Positions 1-10,010 of a stretch of 64,000 bases of DNA are shown in pieces. The stretch covers positions 70,455 through 134,454 of the forward strand of contig CALWEQ010000010.1 of assembly GCA_944377365.1 (NCBI GenBank), read 5' to 3'. Below the pieces are notes generated by a model. It did not search any database and had not been told where the DNA came from. It worked only from the letters and a program-made list of their open reading frames with translations. Made by a program: the position numbers and the translations under genes. Within the stretch, counting starts at the first letter, position 1. Each line of letters opens with the position of its first letter. Source of the DNA: an uncultured Clostridia bacterium (GTDB lineage: Bacteria > Bacillota > Clostridia > Christensenellales > UBA1242).

Positions 1-1068
1 TGCACCAATTTTTTGTGTAATTCCTCCAGCTTCGCCAGCCACAACATTGGTCTTTCTAAACGCGTCAAGAAGAGAGGTCTTACCATGATCAACGTGTCCC
101 ATAACAGTCACAATAGGCGGACGCTTTACGAGCATTGATTGATCTTCAGGCGTTTTGTTTTGATGTTCGAACAACTTTTCTTCCATGGTTTTTTCAAGTT
201 TTAGCTCAAGCTCAACACCAAGTTCGCTTGCGACAAGCTCTGCTGTTTCAAAATTAATAGTCGAATTTATTGTTGCCATTACGCCCAAAATCATCAGCTT
301 TTTGACTATTTCTGCAACTGGTCTACCGGTCTTTTCGCTCAAATCTTTTACTGTTATTTCATTTGAATTAATTACAGCATGTGTGATTTTTGGAGCTACA
401 TTTGTTTCTTGTTTTTTCTTTAATTTGTTTGTTGCTTTGCGTGTCCCCATCATTGACTCTTCAAAGTCGTTGTTTTCGTTGAGCATAATAACGCTTTGAC
501 GACGTGAGTCTACTGCGCGTTTGGTTGGTTTTGTCTTTTCTTCTAAATTTTTCTTTTGAGGATTTTTGTTTTTATTGCCGAACGTTCTTTCTGGTGGAAT
601 AACAATAGTGTCAGCTTGCTCTTTCGAAGCGAAAGATCTGAAATTGTTTACTTTTGTCGAAACAAATTTTGGACTTTTCACGCCTTGTTTGTTTTGTTCA
701 AAAGGTTTTTGTTTGTTAGAAAAATTAGGTTTTCTTTGATCTTGAAATCGGTTTTGCTGTTGACTTTTGTTGTCGAAGCGTTTGAAGTTGTTGTTTTGTG
801 CTTTTGCATTTGAAAAGCTTGTTTGTTCATTTTGTTGTTTCTGAACAAACTGTTCTTTTGGTTGCACTTCTTTTACTTCTTCAATCTTGGCTAGGTTGAC
901 TTCGGCTTCCTTTTTTAACATCTTTTCTTTTTTAGAATTTAACAGCGCTTTTGACATTTCATCTAATTGTGATTTTAATGCGCGTAAATCCCTGAGCAGT
1001 TCGAGTAAACTGCCCTCTTTTTGCATATTATGAATTGTTTTTAAATTGTTTAATGCTTGATTTGCCAA
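1..1068 (-). CDS. infB: translation initiation factor IF-2, N-terminal part (gene runs off the window start)
   Basis: Reverse translation of 1-125 gives [41 protein letters not shown] (IF-2 GTPase motifs). The frame stays open back to TTG at 1068, which is preceded by AGGGAG. Q/N/K-rich N-terminal region. Lies downstream of nusA-ylxR-ylxQ as in Firmicutes. Confidence 0.9.
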   Translation of the reverse strand, partial: MANQALNNLKTIHNMQKEGSLLELLRDLRALKSQLDEMSKALLNSKKEKMLKKEAEVNLAKIEEVKEVQPKEQFVQKQQNEQTSFSNAKAQNNNFKRFDNKSQQQNRFQDQRKPNFSNKQKPFEQNKQGVKSPKFVSTKVNNFRSFASKEQADTIVIPPERTFGNKNKNPQKKNLEEKTKPTKRAVDSRRQSVIMLNENNDFEESMMGTRKATNKLKKKQETNVAPKITHAVINSNEITVKDLSEKTGRPVAEIVKKLMILGVMATINSTINFETAELVASELGVELELKLEKTMEEKLFEHQNKTPEDQSMLVKRPPIVTVMGHVDHGKTSLLDAFRKTNVVAGEAGGITQKIGA

Positions 1069-1069
1069 A

Positions 1070-1360
1070 CTATTCTCCCTGATTAATATATTTTTTTATT
1101 TGCTCACTAAGACCATAATTCTTTAAAGCAACTATCATGCATTTTTCTACACTTACTAGTTCTTCCAAATTTTCTATCTCAGCGCCTAGCACACCTTTGT
1201 TTTTTAAGTTTTCAAATATTTTTCTAGATGATTTTCCTGCATTTTTATCAATAATTACCAGATATAATTTTTTCGAATAATTTGAAAGTTTGTCGCTTCC
1301 AATAATTAAATATCCCGCTTTGTTGGCAATGTTTAAATAATCTTTTAATTTTTCTCGCAT
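1070..1360 (-). CDS. ylxQ: L7Ae-family RNA-binding protein YlxQ
   Basis: 96 aa, sequence [11 protein letters not shown]...[12 protein letters not shown] typical of YlxQ/L7Ae-like proteins. Conserved position between ylxR and infB. Confidence 0.7.
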   Translation of the reverse strand: MREKLKDYLNIANKAGYLIIGSDKLSNYSKKLYLVIIDKNAGKSSRKIFENLKNKGVLGAEIENLEELVSVEKCMIVALKNYGLSEQIKKYINQGE

Positions 1361-1605
1361 TCATTCTCCAATTGCTTGTATATTTCATCTGGCAGTTGAC
1401 ACTTAAAAACTTTGTTTAAAAGTTTTTGTTTTTGAAGTTTTGCCATGCATGTCGGTTCTAAGCAGACGTAAGCTCCTCGCCCATTCATTTTTCCTGTTTT
1501 GTCAACAAAAAATTCGCCTTGTTTGTTTTTGACAATTCGCGTCATCGTGCGCTTGTCTTTCATCTGTCTGCAAACTACACACATTCTTAAAATTTCATTC
1601 TTCAT
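1345..1605 (-). CDS. ylxR: YlxR/DUF448 RNA-binding protein
   Basis: MCVVCRQ...GRGAYVC motif pair. Lies directly after nusA. The start may be the internal Met, giving MCVVCR at about 1584. Confidence 0.75.
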   Translation of the reverse strand: MKNEILRMCVVCRQMKDKRTMTRIVKNKQGEFFVDKTGKMNGRGAYVCLEPTCMAKLQKQKLLNKVFKCQLPDEIYKQLENECEKN

Positions 1606-2758
1606 CTGAATTTTCCGTAATCTCCTCTAAGTCATCTAAGGTTTGAAAAGAGTCATCATCGTCAAGTTCGGTTAGTTCGTATTCAGTTTCTTTAACTTCT
1701 TCGGCTGGTTGTGATGAATTTATTGTGCTTTCAGGTTTCACTTCAATTTTCCAGCCAGTAAGTCTTGCAGCGAGGCGAACGTTTTGTCCATTTTTTCCGA
1801 TAGCTAGTGAAAGCTTGTCATCAGGAACAATAACGCGTGAAGCCATAAGGCTTTCATTTGTTTCAACACTTAAAACTTTTGCTGGACTTAACGCACGAGC
1901 AATGTATTCAAGCGGGTCGTCGCTATACAAAATTAAATCGATTTTTTCTCCGTTTAATTCTGAAACAATTGTGTTGATTCTAATGCCGTGATTTCCAACA
2001 CATGCACCGATAGCATCAACGTTTGGTTTGTCAGAATACACAGCTACTTTTGCTCTGTTGCCAGGATCTCTTGCGATGTTTTTGATTTTTACTTCTCCGT
2101 TTGCAATTTCTGGAATTTCAAGCTCAAAAACTTTTCTAACAAAGCCAACATTGCTCCTTGTGACTTGGATTTGTGGACCGCGGAATGAATCCTTAATCTT
2201 CTTTACATAGACTTTTATTCTTTGACCGACTTCATATTTTTCGTTTGGAATTTGATCAGATGGCAGCATAATGCCTTCTACGTGAGAACCTGTTATTTGA
2301 ACGTAAACCGTTCCATTGTCTATTCTTTTTACGATAGTGGTCAAAAGCTCGTCTTCTTTTTCGGAGATCTCAGAAACAGCAATTCCCCTTTCAAGCTCTT
2401 TAAGTTTTTGCATAACCACTTGTTTTGCGGTTTGTGCAGCTATTCTTCCAAACTCTTTTGTCGATTCCTCTTGTGCGACAATATCACCTACTTTGTAACT
2501 CTTTTTAATAAGCCTTGCTTCGTCAAGGGAAATTTCTTTGTCTGGGTCTTGAACATCATCAACAATTGTTTTGTAAGAAAAAATTCTAATAGTGTTTTTT
2601 TCTGGGTTTATTTTTACACTTGCACTTTTTGCTTCTCCATACATTTTTTTATAAGCAGATGCAAGAGCAGTTTCTAATGCTTCAATAAATTTTTCTTTGT
2701 CAATCTTTTTTTCTGTCTCCAAATCTTCTAATGCTTGGAAAAAATCTTTGTTTATCAT
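1595..2758 (-). CDS. nusA: transcription termination/antitermination factor NusA
   Basis: 387 aa with N-terminal domain, S1 and two KH regions (IGACVGNHGIRI, AIGKNGQNVRLA). SD AAGGAG upstream. Acidic C-terminus. Confidence 0.95.
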   Translation of the reverse strand: MINKDFFQALEDLETEKKIDKEKFIEALETALASAYKKMYGEAKSASVKINPEKNTIRIFSYKTIVDDVQDPDKEISLDEARLIKKSYKVGDIVAQEESTKEFGRIAAQTAKQVVMQKLKELERGIAVSEISEKEDELLTTIVKRIDNGTVYVQITGSHVEGIMLPSDQIPNEKYEVGQRIKVYVKKIKDSFRGPQIQVTRSNVGFVRKVFELEIPEIANGEVKIKNIARDPGNRAKVAVYSDKPNVDAIGACVGNHGIRINTIVSELNGEKIDLILYSDDPLEYIARALSPAKVLSVETNESLMASRVIVPDDKLSLAIGKNGQNVRLAARLTGWKIEVKPESTINSSQPAEEVKETEYELTELDDDDSFQTLDDLEEITENSDEE

Positions 2759-2770
2759 ATTAATCTCCTT

Positions 2771-3229
2771 TTAAACTTTTACAACGGGCACAATGTGCGC
2801 TATGAGTTCTTTTTTAACTATAACAGGTTTATCATTTTGAATTATTGTGACAAAGTTGTCGTCATAACTCTGCAAAATTCCAACGAAAGTTTTTTTATTC
2901 TCTAATTTTTTAAACAATGTAATTTCTATTTCCTTTCCTTTGTTTCTGTCAAAGTCGCGAGTGGTTTTTAATGGTCTATCAATACCTGGCGAACTGACGC
3001 TTAAAACATAAGGCTTGTCGTCAGTTGGATTCATTTCTTCCAAAATAGGATCAATAGCTTTTGTAACTTTTTCACAATCTTCTATTGTGATTGGTTTGTC
3101 TGAATCAATAGTAAAAATCAAGTTCATCTCTCCGGCAATTTTTTGATAACTCACTTCTATCAATTCATATCCTAAATTTTCTATTATAGGACGAAGTTCA
3201 TTTTCACATTTATCTTTTATTTTTGACAA
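2771..3229 (-). CDS. rimP: ribosome maturation factor RimP
   Basis: 152 aa, LSVSSPGIDRPL motif. TTG start 5 nt after GGAGG. First gene of the rimP-nusA-infB operon. Confidence 0.9.
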   Translation of the reverse strand: MSKIKDKCENELRPIIENLGYELIEVSYQKIAGEMNLIFTIDSDKPITIEDCEKVTKAIDPILEEMNPTDDKPYVLSVSSPGIDRPLKTTRDFDRNKGKEIEITLFKKLENKKTFVGILQSYDDNFVTIIQNDKPVIVKKELIAHIVPVVKV

Positions 3230-3249
3230 TTTTTCCTCCTTCTACAAAT

Positions 3250-3273
3250 GAAGTGGGCAAGTTTGCCCACTTC
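3250..3273 (-). promoter_or_regulatory. strong 5'-UTR hairpin between the rimP promoter and SD (candidate attenuator)
   Basis: GAAGTGGGC/GCCCACTTC 9-10 bp GC-rich stem. On the minus strand it is followed by AUUUGUAG, a poor U-tract, and then AAGGAGG. Confidence 0.3.
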
Positions 3274-3290
3274 GAAATTCCAGTCTCTTT

Positions 3291-3319
3291 ATTATATCAT
3301 TATCTTTAACAAATTGCAA
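3291..3319 (-). promoter_or_regulatory. sigma-A-type promoter of the rimP-nusA-infB operon
   Basis: Minus strand TTGCAA (3319-3314), 17 nt spacer, TATAAT (3296-3291). Confidence 0.55.
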
Positions 3320-3355
3320 GAAAAATTTCATATTTTTTCAAATTTATTAAAACGC

Positions 3356-4888
3356 TTATACCTTTTCGCTTAACTTCAACAATACTTTTGCTGTCGCAAA
3401 AGCATCATTATAAGCTCTATGCGCGCCAGTCAAATCAATTCCAAGTGCCGTAGAAACTGTAGAAAGCTTAAAATTGCTTATTTTTAGGTGCTTACTTCTA
3501 GCTATTAACATAACATCTAGGTTGTCATTTTCTAATGATAAATTGACTTTTTGATACGCTTTGCGTAAAAATTTGTTGTCGAAGTCAGTATTGTTGTAAC
3601 CAGAAATTACACAGCCTTTTGTGAATTTGTAAAAATCGATTATAACGTCTTCAATCTTTGGTGCGTTTTCTACCATTTCATTTGTGATATGATTAATTTT
3701 GGTTGCCGATTCTGGAATAGGTGTAATCGGTTTGACAAATGTAGAAAACTTTTTTGTTATTTTTCCTTTTTCAATTTTTATAGCACCGATTTCAATTATT
3801 TCACAGGTTTCAGGGTCAAGTCCTGTGGTTTCTAAATCGTAAACAACTATATTTCTAGAAGCTATTGGCTCATCGTAGACAGGCTCTTTAATAAAAATGT
3901 TTTCTTGGCGGTTTTCATAGTAATCTTCTATGCTTACTACTTGCCGTTTTAAAACAATTTCATCGTCATCGTTTTCTTTTGGAGGGGTTTTTAATTGCGC
4001 TAAAGTCATAGATGAAATATAGTATGTCAATTTTCCAGATAAGCCCACTTTAATGTCGCCAAGACATAAAAAACAAAGATTTTCTTGTAATGCGGAAAGC
4101 TTAGGTTGGTTTGTTTTTGTAGAAAAATAAACACATTCTATGCTGTTGCCGTCATTTAATAAAAAAGTAGCATATTTTTTTTCTTGTCCTGCCATCTTCC
4201 CTTTTTTTGCCGTAAAAGATTTTATTTCAATTTTCGAGATGTTGCCAAACAAAATAACTGATGTTTTAGGTTTTTTATTGTTTTTTATTTGCTCAGGGAA
4301 AGGAGAAATGTCTTTACCAAAAAGTTTCTTAATTGGTGTAACTTCATATCGCGAAGTTTTTTTAGCTTCAAGTTTGTATTTTATCGGTGCGATTTCTCCT
4401 GGGATTTCAAAATTATTGTCTTCAACTGCAACTATTTCAAAATTTCCTAAAAAGTTGTTCCCCAAAAACTCCAACAATTTAATTTTTACAAATCTATTGT
4501 CAAAATAATCTTTTACTAATTTGCTTAAATGTAACTCTATTTCGACGTTATTGTTTTCTTTTTTCAAAAAAATCTGTTGCTGTGAAAATTCTGATGAAAT
4601 GGCAGGATAGCTTTCAGTGAAAAATTTAATTATTTCTTTTTTAAGCAACCTTTCGTCCAAGAAACTTTTTTTGAATTTAATCCGTATTTTGCTGAAAAGT
4701 GAAATATTGTCCTTTACAAACTTTTCTATTTCTTTTCTTTCATCGCTAGTAATTTCGTCGATAGTTTCTGGATATAAAAAAGTAAAGACGCATTCTTCAC
4801 TTTCATAGTCTAAACTCACGTCATACAATCTCAAATAATCAAATTTTCCATTCTCATAGCTTATGAGGCCTTGTGTTAAAATATCCAC
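3356..4888 (-). CDS. DEDDh 3'-5' exonuclease (PolC/epsilon-type) with a long N-terminal OB-like region and no polymerase domains
   Basis: C-terminal 170 aa carry Exo I VYDLETTGL, Exo II GYNNTDFD and Exo III HRAYNDA, resembling the PolC proofreading domain. GTG start 9 nt after the rseP stop. Occupies the slot between rseP and rimP. Confidence 0.6.
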   Translation of the reverse strand: MDILTQGLISYENGKFDYLRLYDVSLDYESEECVFTFLYPETIDEITSDERKEIEKFVKDNISLFSKIRIKFKKSFLDERLLKKEIIKFFTESYPAISSEFSQQQIFLKKENNNVEIELHLSKLVKDYFDNRFVKIKLLEFLGNNFLGNFEIVAVEDNNFEIPGEIAPIKYKLEAKKTSRYEVTPIKKLFGKDISPFPEQIKNNKKPKTSVILFGNISKIEIKSFTAKKGKMAGQEKKYATFLLNDGNSIECVYFSTKTNQPKLSALQENLCFLCLGDIKVGLSGKLTYYISSMTLAQLKTPPKENDDDEIVLKRQVVSIEDYYENRQENIFIKEPVYDEPIASRNIVVYDLETTGLDPETCEIIEIGAIKIEKGKITKKFSTFVKPITPIPESATKINHITNEMVENAPKIEDVIIDFYKFTKGCVISGYNNTDFDNKFLRKAYQKVNLSLENDNLDVMLIARSKHLKISNFKLSTVSTALGIDLTGAHRAYNDAFATAKVLLKLSEKV

Positions 4889-4897
4889 ATTTAAATT

Positions 4898-6034
4898 TTA
4901 CAAAATAAAGTGTAAAATGTCAACAATAATTACAAAAGCAAAAAGCACGCATAAACCTATAAAGTGAATTTTGTTTTCCAAACTTCGCTTTATCGGCTTT
5001 TTTCTGATCCATTCTATTGTTGTAAAAACCACATGAGAGCCATCGAGTGCCGGTATAGGCAACAAGTTGAATATAGCTAGATTTGCTGAAATTGCAGGAA
5101 TTAAGATCAACAGGTTAAGCCAATTAGTTTGTGTGGCTGACGCGATCATTGTTATAGTAGTGACAGGACCACCTACTGCGGAAATTGGCAGTTGAAAAGT
5201 TATCAAAAGCCATAATGATTTTAAAACTACCCAAGCAAAACCAAAAGCGACCTCCCAACATCTTAAAAGTGCTTCTCCAAAAGAGTAAACATATGGTGAG
5301 TAAGAAAAACACAAATAAATGTTTTCAGATGCTAATGTATTTGTACCCTCATAATAAGATCTTATCACTTGGAAAGAGATCTCTTTGTTTTGAATTTTTC
5401 CGTCACGATTGATTGTGACATTAAATGAATATCCTTCCAATTGTCCGTCTGGAGCGTTTTCAATACCGCCATAAGTGTTGTTAATAAATTCGAAAGCTTC
5501 GGCCTGTTTTTTAGCTATTAGATTTTGAAAAGTATCACCAAAAGCAAAATCAACTTCAACCCCGTCTATATGCGTGATGACATCTCCTTCTTCGAGTTGA
5601 GTTTGCACATATGGTTGATTGTTAATAGTAATAGTGTTGGATTTGATTTGAGGCAAATCATAACCAGCTGTGCAAAGTAAAATTAAGGAAAATAAAACGG
5701 CAGTTAAAAAGTTCATCGTTATTCCAGCTAAGAAAACGATAATCCTTTTCCATGGCTTTTGGGCATTAAAGCTGTCTTTTGCAGGTGTTTCGTTGTCGTC
5801 TTCTTCACCTTTAAAAGCACAATAACCACCAAGAGGAAAAACCCGTAATGAAATGAGTTCGCCTCGTTTGTTTTTTCGCTGAAAAATAGGCTTACCAAAG
5901 CCTATCGAAAACTCTGTAATTTTGAATTTTAATATCCTTCCTGCAATATAATGACCTAGTTCGTGAACGAGCACCATAAAAAGCAAAATTATAATTGCGA
6001 TTGCAATGTAGAGGACATAAGTTAAAACTTGCAT
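4898..6034 (-). CDS. rseP: RIP zinc metalloprotease RseP (site-2 protease, M50)
   Basis: HELGHY in TM1, a PDZ-like middle region, NLLPIPALDG motif. Synteny after cdsA. Confidence 0.9.
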   Translation of the reverse strand: MQVLTYVLYIAIAIIILLFMVLVHELGHYIAGRILKFKITEFSIGFGKPIFQRKNKRGELISLRVFPLGGYCAFKGEEDDNETPAKDSFNAQKPWKRIIVFLAGITMNFLTAVLFSLILLCTAGYDLPQIKSNTITINNQPYVQTQLEEGDVITHIDGVEVDFAFGDTFQNLIAKKQAEAFEFINNTYGGIENAPDGQLEGYSFNVTINRDGKIQNKEISFQVIRSYYEGTNTLASENIYLCFSYSPYVYSFGEALLRCWEVAFGFAWVVLKSLWLLITFQLPISAVGGPVTTITMIASATQTNWLNLLILIPAISANLAIFNLLPIPALDGSHVVFTTIEWIRKKPIKRSLENKIHFIGLCVLFAFVIIVDILHFIL

Positions 6035-6041
6035 TCTTCTC

Positions 6042-6986
6042 CTAAATTAATAAAATCACAAGGGCAATAAGTAAATATGGCGATACAAATATATATGAGT
6101 CAATCCTATCTAGCATTCCGCCATGTCCTGGCAAAGCTTTGCCACTGTCTTTAACTCCTGCCTTTCGTTTTAAAAAAGATTCAAACAGATCACCTGCTTG
6201 CGCAATAATAGAGCCTATAAAGACGATTATAAGCAATTCCCAAATTTCTATAACATTTATACTTGCAGAAAAATAATCAATAGAAGCTAAAATAAGATAA
6301 ATGCAAGCAGAAAGTAGTGTGCACCAGAGAGTTCCACCTATCGCACCTGACACAGTCTTTTTAGGGCTGATGTTTGGAGCTAATTTTTTGCCACCTATCA
6401 ACATTCCACTCAGCATAGCGAATGAATCCGTAAGCATTGGGATTATGAATGCAAATATCAACGCAATTACTGAAAGTTTTGAATTAAAATTTGAAATAGA
6501 GCCAAAGTTTATTTCGTCAATATGGTTTATTAAGCTCATTGTCATAAACAAAAGTGTTGGGTAAATAAGAGCAAGCATGGTGTTTAAGGAACGTTTAAAA
6601 ACAAATTTTAAGTTTGTTGTGTTTTTAATTTCACGAACCTTTATTTCATTATTGACAGCTTTTTTTCTAAATATATCAATGACAAACGCCAAAAGAGCTC
6701 CTAAAAAAACTAAAATAACATTTATTAAGACAATAAATCCAAATCCAATTTTAAAGTAATAACCTAATATATTTCCAGTCAGTATTAATGCTGGAAAAGT
6801 CATCGACACTATTAAATTGTTGTAAAGCCCTGCTCTTGAAAGTATTTTGGAGCATTCAAATCCTGCAACTGCAGAGACTAAAGCAAAGAAAAAGTCAAAA
6901 AAATACGGGCTAACATAAATTTTTAAAACAAACAGCAAAGCGATTGTTAATACTATTGCTAGCGATGTTAAAAGTCTTGTTTTCAT
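6042..6986 (-). CDS. cdsA: phosphatidate cytidylyltransferase
   Basis: Polytopic membrane protein with C-terminal signature SFLKRKAGVKDSGKALPGHGGMLDRIDS. Follows uppS. Confidence 0.85.
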   Translation of the reverse strand: MKTRLLTSLAIVLTIALLFVLKIYVSPYFFDFFFALVSAVAGFECSKILSRAGLYNNLIVSMTFPALILTGNILGYYFKIGFGFIVLINVILVFLGALLAFVIDIFRKKAVNNEIKVREIKNTTNLKFVFKRSLNTMLALIYPTLLFMTMSLINHIDEINFGSISNFNSKLSVIALIFAFIIPMLTDSFAMLSGMLIGGKKLAPNISPKKTVSGAIGGTLWCTLLSACIYLILASIDYFSASINVIEIWELLIIVFIGSIIAQAGDLFESFLKRKAGVKDSGKALPGHGGMLDRIDSYIFVSPYLLIALVILLI

Positions 6987-7666
6987 TAGTTTCCTCCATA
7001 TCTTCTCTTGCGTTTTGAAAAATTTTCTAAAGCCAAAATAAGTTCATTTTTGTCAAAGTCCGGCCACATCTTATCCGAAAAATATAGTTCAGAATATGAA
7101 ATCTGCCACAACATAAAATTTGACAATCTAACCTCACCACTTGTCCTAACAACAAGGTCTGGGTCTGGGAAATCTTTTGTGTAAAGATTGTTTGTAATGT
7201 CCTCTTGTGTTATTTTTGTTTTGCCATCTTCGATCGCCATGTTGACAGAATGAATTATATCTTCCCTACCACCATAGTTTAAACAAAATCCTACTTTTAA
7301 TGTTTTGCAATTTTTGGTTGAATTCATCGTGTCGTTTAAAATTTTTGTTACCCTTTCTGGAAATCGAGATAAGTCTCCAAAGATTTCAACATATATATCG
7401 TTTTCCAAAAAAAATTTTTCACCCTTTTTAAAATATTCTTCGATTAAGTCAATCAAGCCTTCAACTTCATCGACAGATCTTGACCAATTTTCTGTTGAAA
7501 AACAGTAGAATGAAGCATATTCAATTTTTTCTTCTATAAGCCATAGCAATGTGTTTTTTAAATTTTTTACCCCTTGCCTATGCCCTAACAGTGCTGGCAT
7601 TAAGCGCTTTTTTGCCCACCGTCTGTTGCCATCCACTATAAAAGCGACATGTTTTGGTTTTGCCAT
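6986..7666 (-). CDS. uppS: isoprenyl transferase (undecaprenyl diphosphate synthase)
   Basis: HVAFIVDGNRRWA, FSTENWSR and RTSGEVRLSNFMLWQ motifs. Confidence 0.95.
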   Translation of the reverse strand: MAKPKHVAFIVDGNRRWAKKRLMPALLGHRQGVKNLKNTLLWLIEEKIEYASFYCFSTENWSRSVDEVEGLIDLIEEYFKKGEKFFLENDIYVEIFGDLSRFPERVTKILNDTMNSTKNCKTLKVGFCLNYGGREDIIHSVNMAIEDGKTKITQEDITNNLYTKDFPDPDLVVRTSGEVRLSNFMLWQISYSELYFSDKMWPDFDKNELILALENFSKRKRRYGGN

Positions 7667-7680
7667 AAAATCTCCAAAAT

Positions 7681-8250
7681 TTATATCTCTAAAATTTCCT
7701 TTTCTTTTGTGGCAAACGTAGAGTCAACCTTTGTAATGTAGTTGTCTAAAATTTTTTGTACTTCTTTTTCAAGTGAACTTTGTTCATCTTCACTGATTTC
7801 GTTGTTCTTCTTCAAATTCTTTATTTTATCCATAGTGTCTCGTCTTGCTGAGCGCATAGCGACCTTTGTGTCCTCAGCAATTTTTTTGGTTTGTTTTACT
7901 ATCTCTTTTCGCCTTTCTTCTGTAAGCTGTGGAAACACCAATCGTATTGTTTTGCCGTCGTCGGTGGGGGTAATTCCTATATCCGATGCGGTAATAGCTT
8001 TTGTGATGTTTTTAATTTGAGAAACATCCCAAACCGAAATGCAAAGTATGCGTGCTTCTTGAACTGAAATGTTTGCCATTTGTTTTATTGGTGTTGGCGA
8101 GCCGTAGTAGTCAACGACAATTTTGTCTAGTATGCGAGGGTTTGCCCTGCCTGCTCTAATCACAACGTATTCATTAATTTGATGGTTGTGCGCTTTTTCA
8201 AGTTCTTCTTCATATTCAAAGAAAATCTCATCAACTATGTCCTGATTCAT
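7681..8250 (-). CDS. frr: ribosome recycling factor
   Basis: RAGRANPRILD...LTEERRKE motifs. Start chosen at ATG 8250, which has AGGAGAAAAC upstream. The track start at 8286 lacks an SD. Confidence 0.95.
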   Translation of the reverse strand: MNQDIVDEIFFEYEEELEKAHNHQINEYVVIRAGRANPRILDKIVVDYYGSPTPIKQMANISVQEARILCISVWDVSQIKNITKAITASDIGITPTDDGKTIRLVFPQLTEERRKEIVKQTKKIAEDTKVAMRSARRDTMDKIKNLKKNNEISEDEQSSLEKEVQKILDNYITKVDSTFATKEKEILEI

Positions 8251-8379
8251 GTTTTCTCCTGTTAAAAAATTTTGTGAGATTATCACACGAGAATTATACT
8301 AAATATATAAATTTTTTCCAAATAAAATACTCTAATATCTATTTCTTTTTTAAATTTAATAAATAGTTTTAAATTTAAT

Positions 8380-8408
8380 ATAAAAAAGCTCGCTGTTGCG
8401 AGCTTTAA
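8380..8408 (-). terminator. rho-independent terminator after tsf
   Basis: AAGCTCGC/GCGAGCTT stem, loop of 4 nt, then a T-run on the minus strand. Confidence 0.75.
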
Positions 8409-9056
8409 TTATTGCATTTGTTTTGCAACTTCTTCGGCAAGATTGTCTTGGCGTTTTTCAAGTCCCTCACCCATTTCATAACGAGTAAATCTACGAACTG
8501 AAATTTTTTCACCAATGGTAGCTGTTGCTTCTGTAAGAACTGCTTGAATTGTTTTTGAAGAATCTTTAACAAAATCTTGATCCAATAAGCAAAAATCTTT
8601 ATAGAATTTAACTACCCTTCCCTCTACCATTTTTTCAATAATGGCCTCAGGCTTGCCTTCATTTTTTGCTTGTGCACGAAGTATGCTTTTTTCTTTTTCA
8701 AGAACTTCTGCTGGCACTTCTTCACGTGAAACGTACTTAGGATTTGCAGCTGCGATTTGCATTGCAATATCTTTTACAAGAAGGTTGAAAGCATCTGTTC
8801 TTGCAACAAAGTCTGTTTCGCAGTTTACTTCAACTAGCACACCAATCTTTCCACCCATATGAATGTAAGAACCTACGACGCCTTCTGAAGCAATTCTGCC
8901 TTGTTTCTTTGAAGCTGCTGCAATGCCTTTTTCTCTGAGCCAAGTAGTTGCTTTTTCAAAATCACCATTTGACTCTGTCAAAGCTTTTTTACAATCCATC
9001 ATTCCTGCGCCGGTTCTTGCTCTTAACTCGGCAACGTCTTTTGCTGTAAACATCAA
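8409..9056 (-). CDS. tsf: elongation factor Ts (short form)
   Basis: [25 protein letters not shown]-like N-terminus. Lies directly after rpsB. Confidence 0.95.
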   Translation of the reverse strand: MMFTAKDVAELRARTGAGMMDCKKALTESNGDFEKATTWLREKGIAAASKKQGRIASEGVVGSYIHMGGKIGVLVEVNCETDFVARTDAFNLLVKDIAMQIAAANPKYVSREEVPAEVLEKEKSILRAQAKNEGKPEAIIEKMVEGRVVKFYKDFCLLDQDFVKDSSKTIQAVLTEATATIGEKISVRRFTRYEMGEGLEKRQDNLAEEVAKQMQ

Positions 9057-10010
9057 TTATTCTCCTTTTGGTTCAGATTTTTTTGTTGTCTTTTTTGCTG
9101 ATTTTGGCTTTTCGTTTTGATTTTGATCTGCATCTTCAACTTTTGATTCAGTTTTTTCAGTTTCAGCAGTTTCTACTTTTTCAGCTGGTTTTTTTGCAGG
9201 TTTTTTCTTGGCAATCTTTTTTTCTTTGTCTTCAGGTTTAACATCGTCAATTTGCATTTCTTTGATTGCTTCTTCAAGATTGACTGCTTCCTCTTCTGAC
9301 TGTTCGCTTTCATCTTTTTTAAGAGAAACACCTTCTCTTGCTTCGATTACAGCGTCAGCGATGGCAGATGCAATGAGTTTTACTGATCTTATGGCGTCAT
9401 CATTTCCTGGTATAACGTAGTTGATGCCTGTTGGATCGCAATTTGTGTCAACAAGTCCAACCATTGGTATGCCTAACGACAAAGCTTCTTTAACGCAAAT
9501 ATGTTCATTGCTTGGGTCAACAACGAAAATTACGCCTGGCATTTCGCGCATATCTTTAATTCCGCCAAGATTTTTTTCAAGCTTGTCACGCTCACCTTTA
9601 AGAATAGCAACTTCCTTTTTTGGAAGCAAATCAAACTCGCCAACTTTTTCCATTTGGTTTAATTTGTTTAATCTTTCAATTCTTTTTAAAATTGTTCTAA
9701 AATTGGTCAGGCAACCACCAAGCCAACGATTGCTTACGTAAAACATACCGCAACGCTCAGCTTCCTCTTTTATTGCGTCTTGCGCTTGTTTTTTTGTGCC
9801 TACAAACAGCACATTTTTTCCTGATGCCACAACATCGCGAACGAACATGTACGCTTTGTCTACAAGTTCACTTGTCTTTTCAAGATTGATAATATGGATA
9901 TCATTTCTAGCAGCAAAGATATAAGGCTTCATTTTAGGATTCCATTTTCTTGTTTGGTGTCCAAAGTGAACGCCGGCTTCAAGAAGTTGTTTCATTGAAA
10001 TAACCGACAT
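9057..10010 (-). CDS. rpsB: 30S ribosomal protein S2 with a roughly 80-aa K/E-rich C-terminal extension
   Basis: [22 protein letters not shown] start with GGAGG SD. The tail from about residue 235 is low-complexity E/K/A. Confidence 0.95.
   Translation of the reverse strand: MSVISMKQLLEAGVHFGHQTRKWNPKMKPYIFAARNDIHIINLEKTSELVDKAYMFVRDVVASGKNVLFVGTKKQAQDAIKEEAERCGMFYVSNRWLGGCLTNFRTILKRIERLNKLNQMEKVGEFDLLPKKEVAILKGERDKLEKNLGGIKDMREMPGVIFVVDPSNEHICVKEALSLGIPMVGLVDTNCDPTGINYVIPGNDDAIRSVKLIASAIADAVIEAREGVSLKKDESEQSEEEAVNLEEAIKEMQIDDVKPEDKEKKIAKKKPAKKPAEKVETAETEKTESKVEDADQNQNEKPKSAKKTTKKSEPKGE

Noticed and set aside
2222-2677. 151-aa plus-strand ORF, and similar antisense ORFs at 185-499, 556-813, 11509-12036, 22732-23118, 53951-54385 and 57011-57397
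   Set aside because: All lie antisense inside strongly conserved minus-strand genes (infB, nusA, secD, rarA, miaA, mutS). Their translations are low-complexity F/L/S-rich, and they have no SD. They are typical shadow ORFs of an AT-rich genome.
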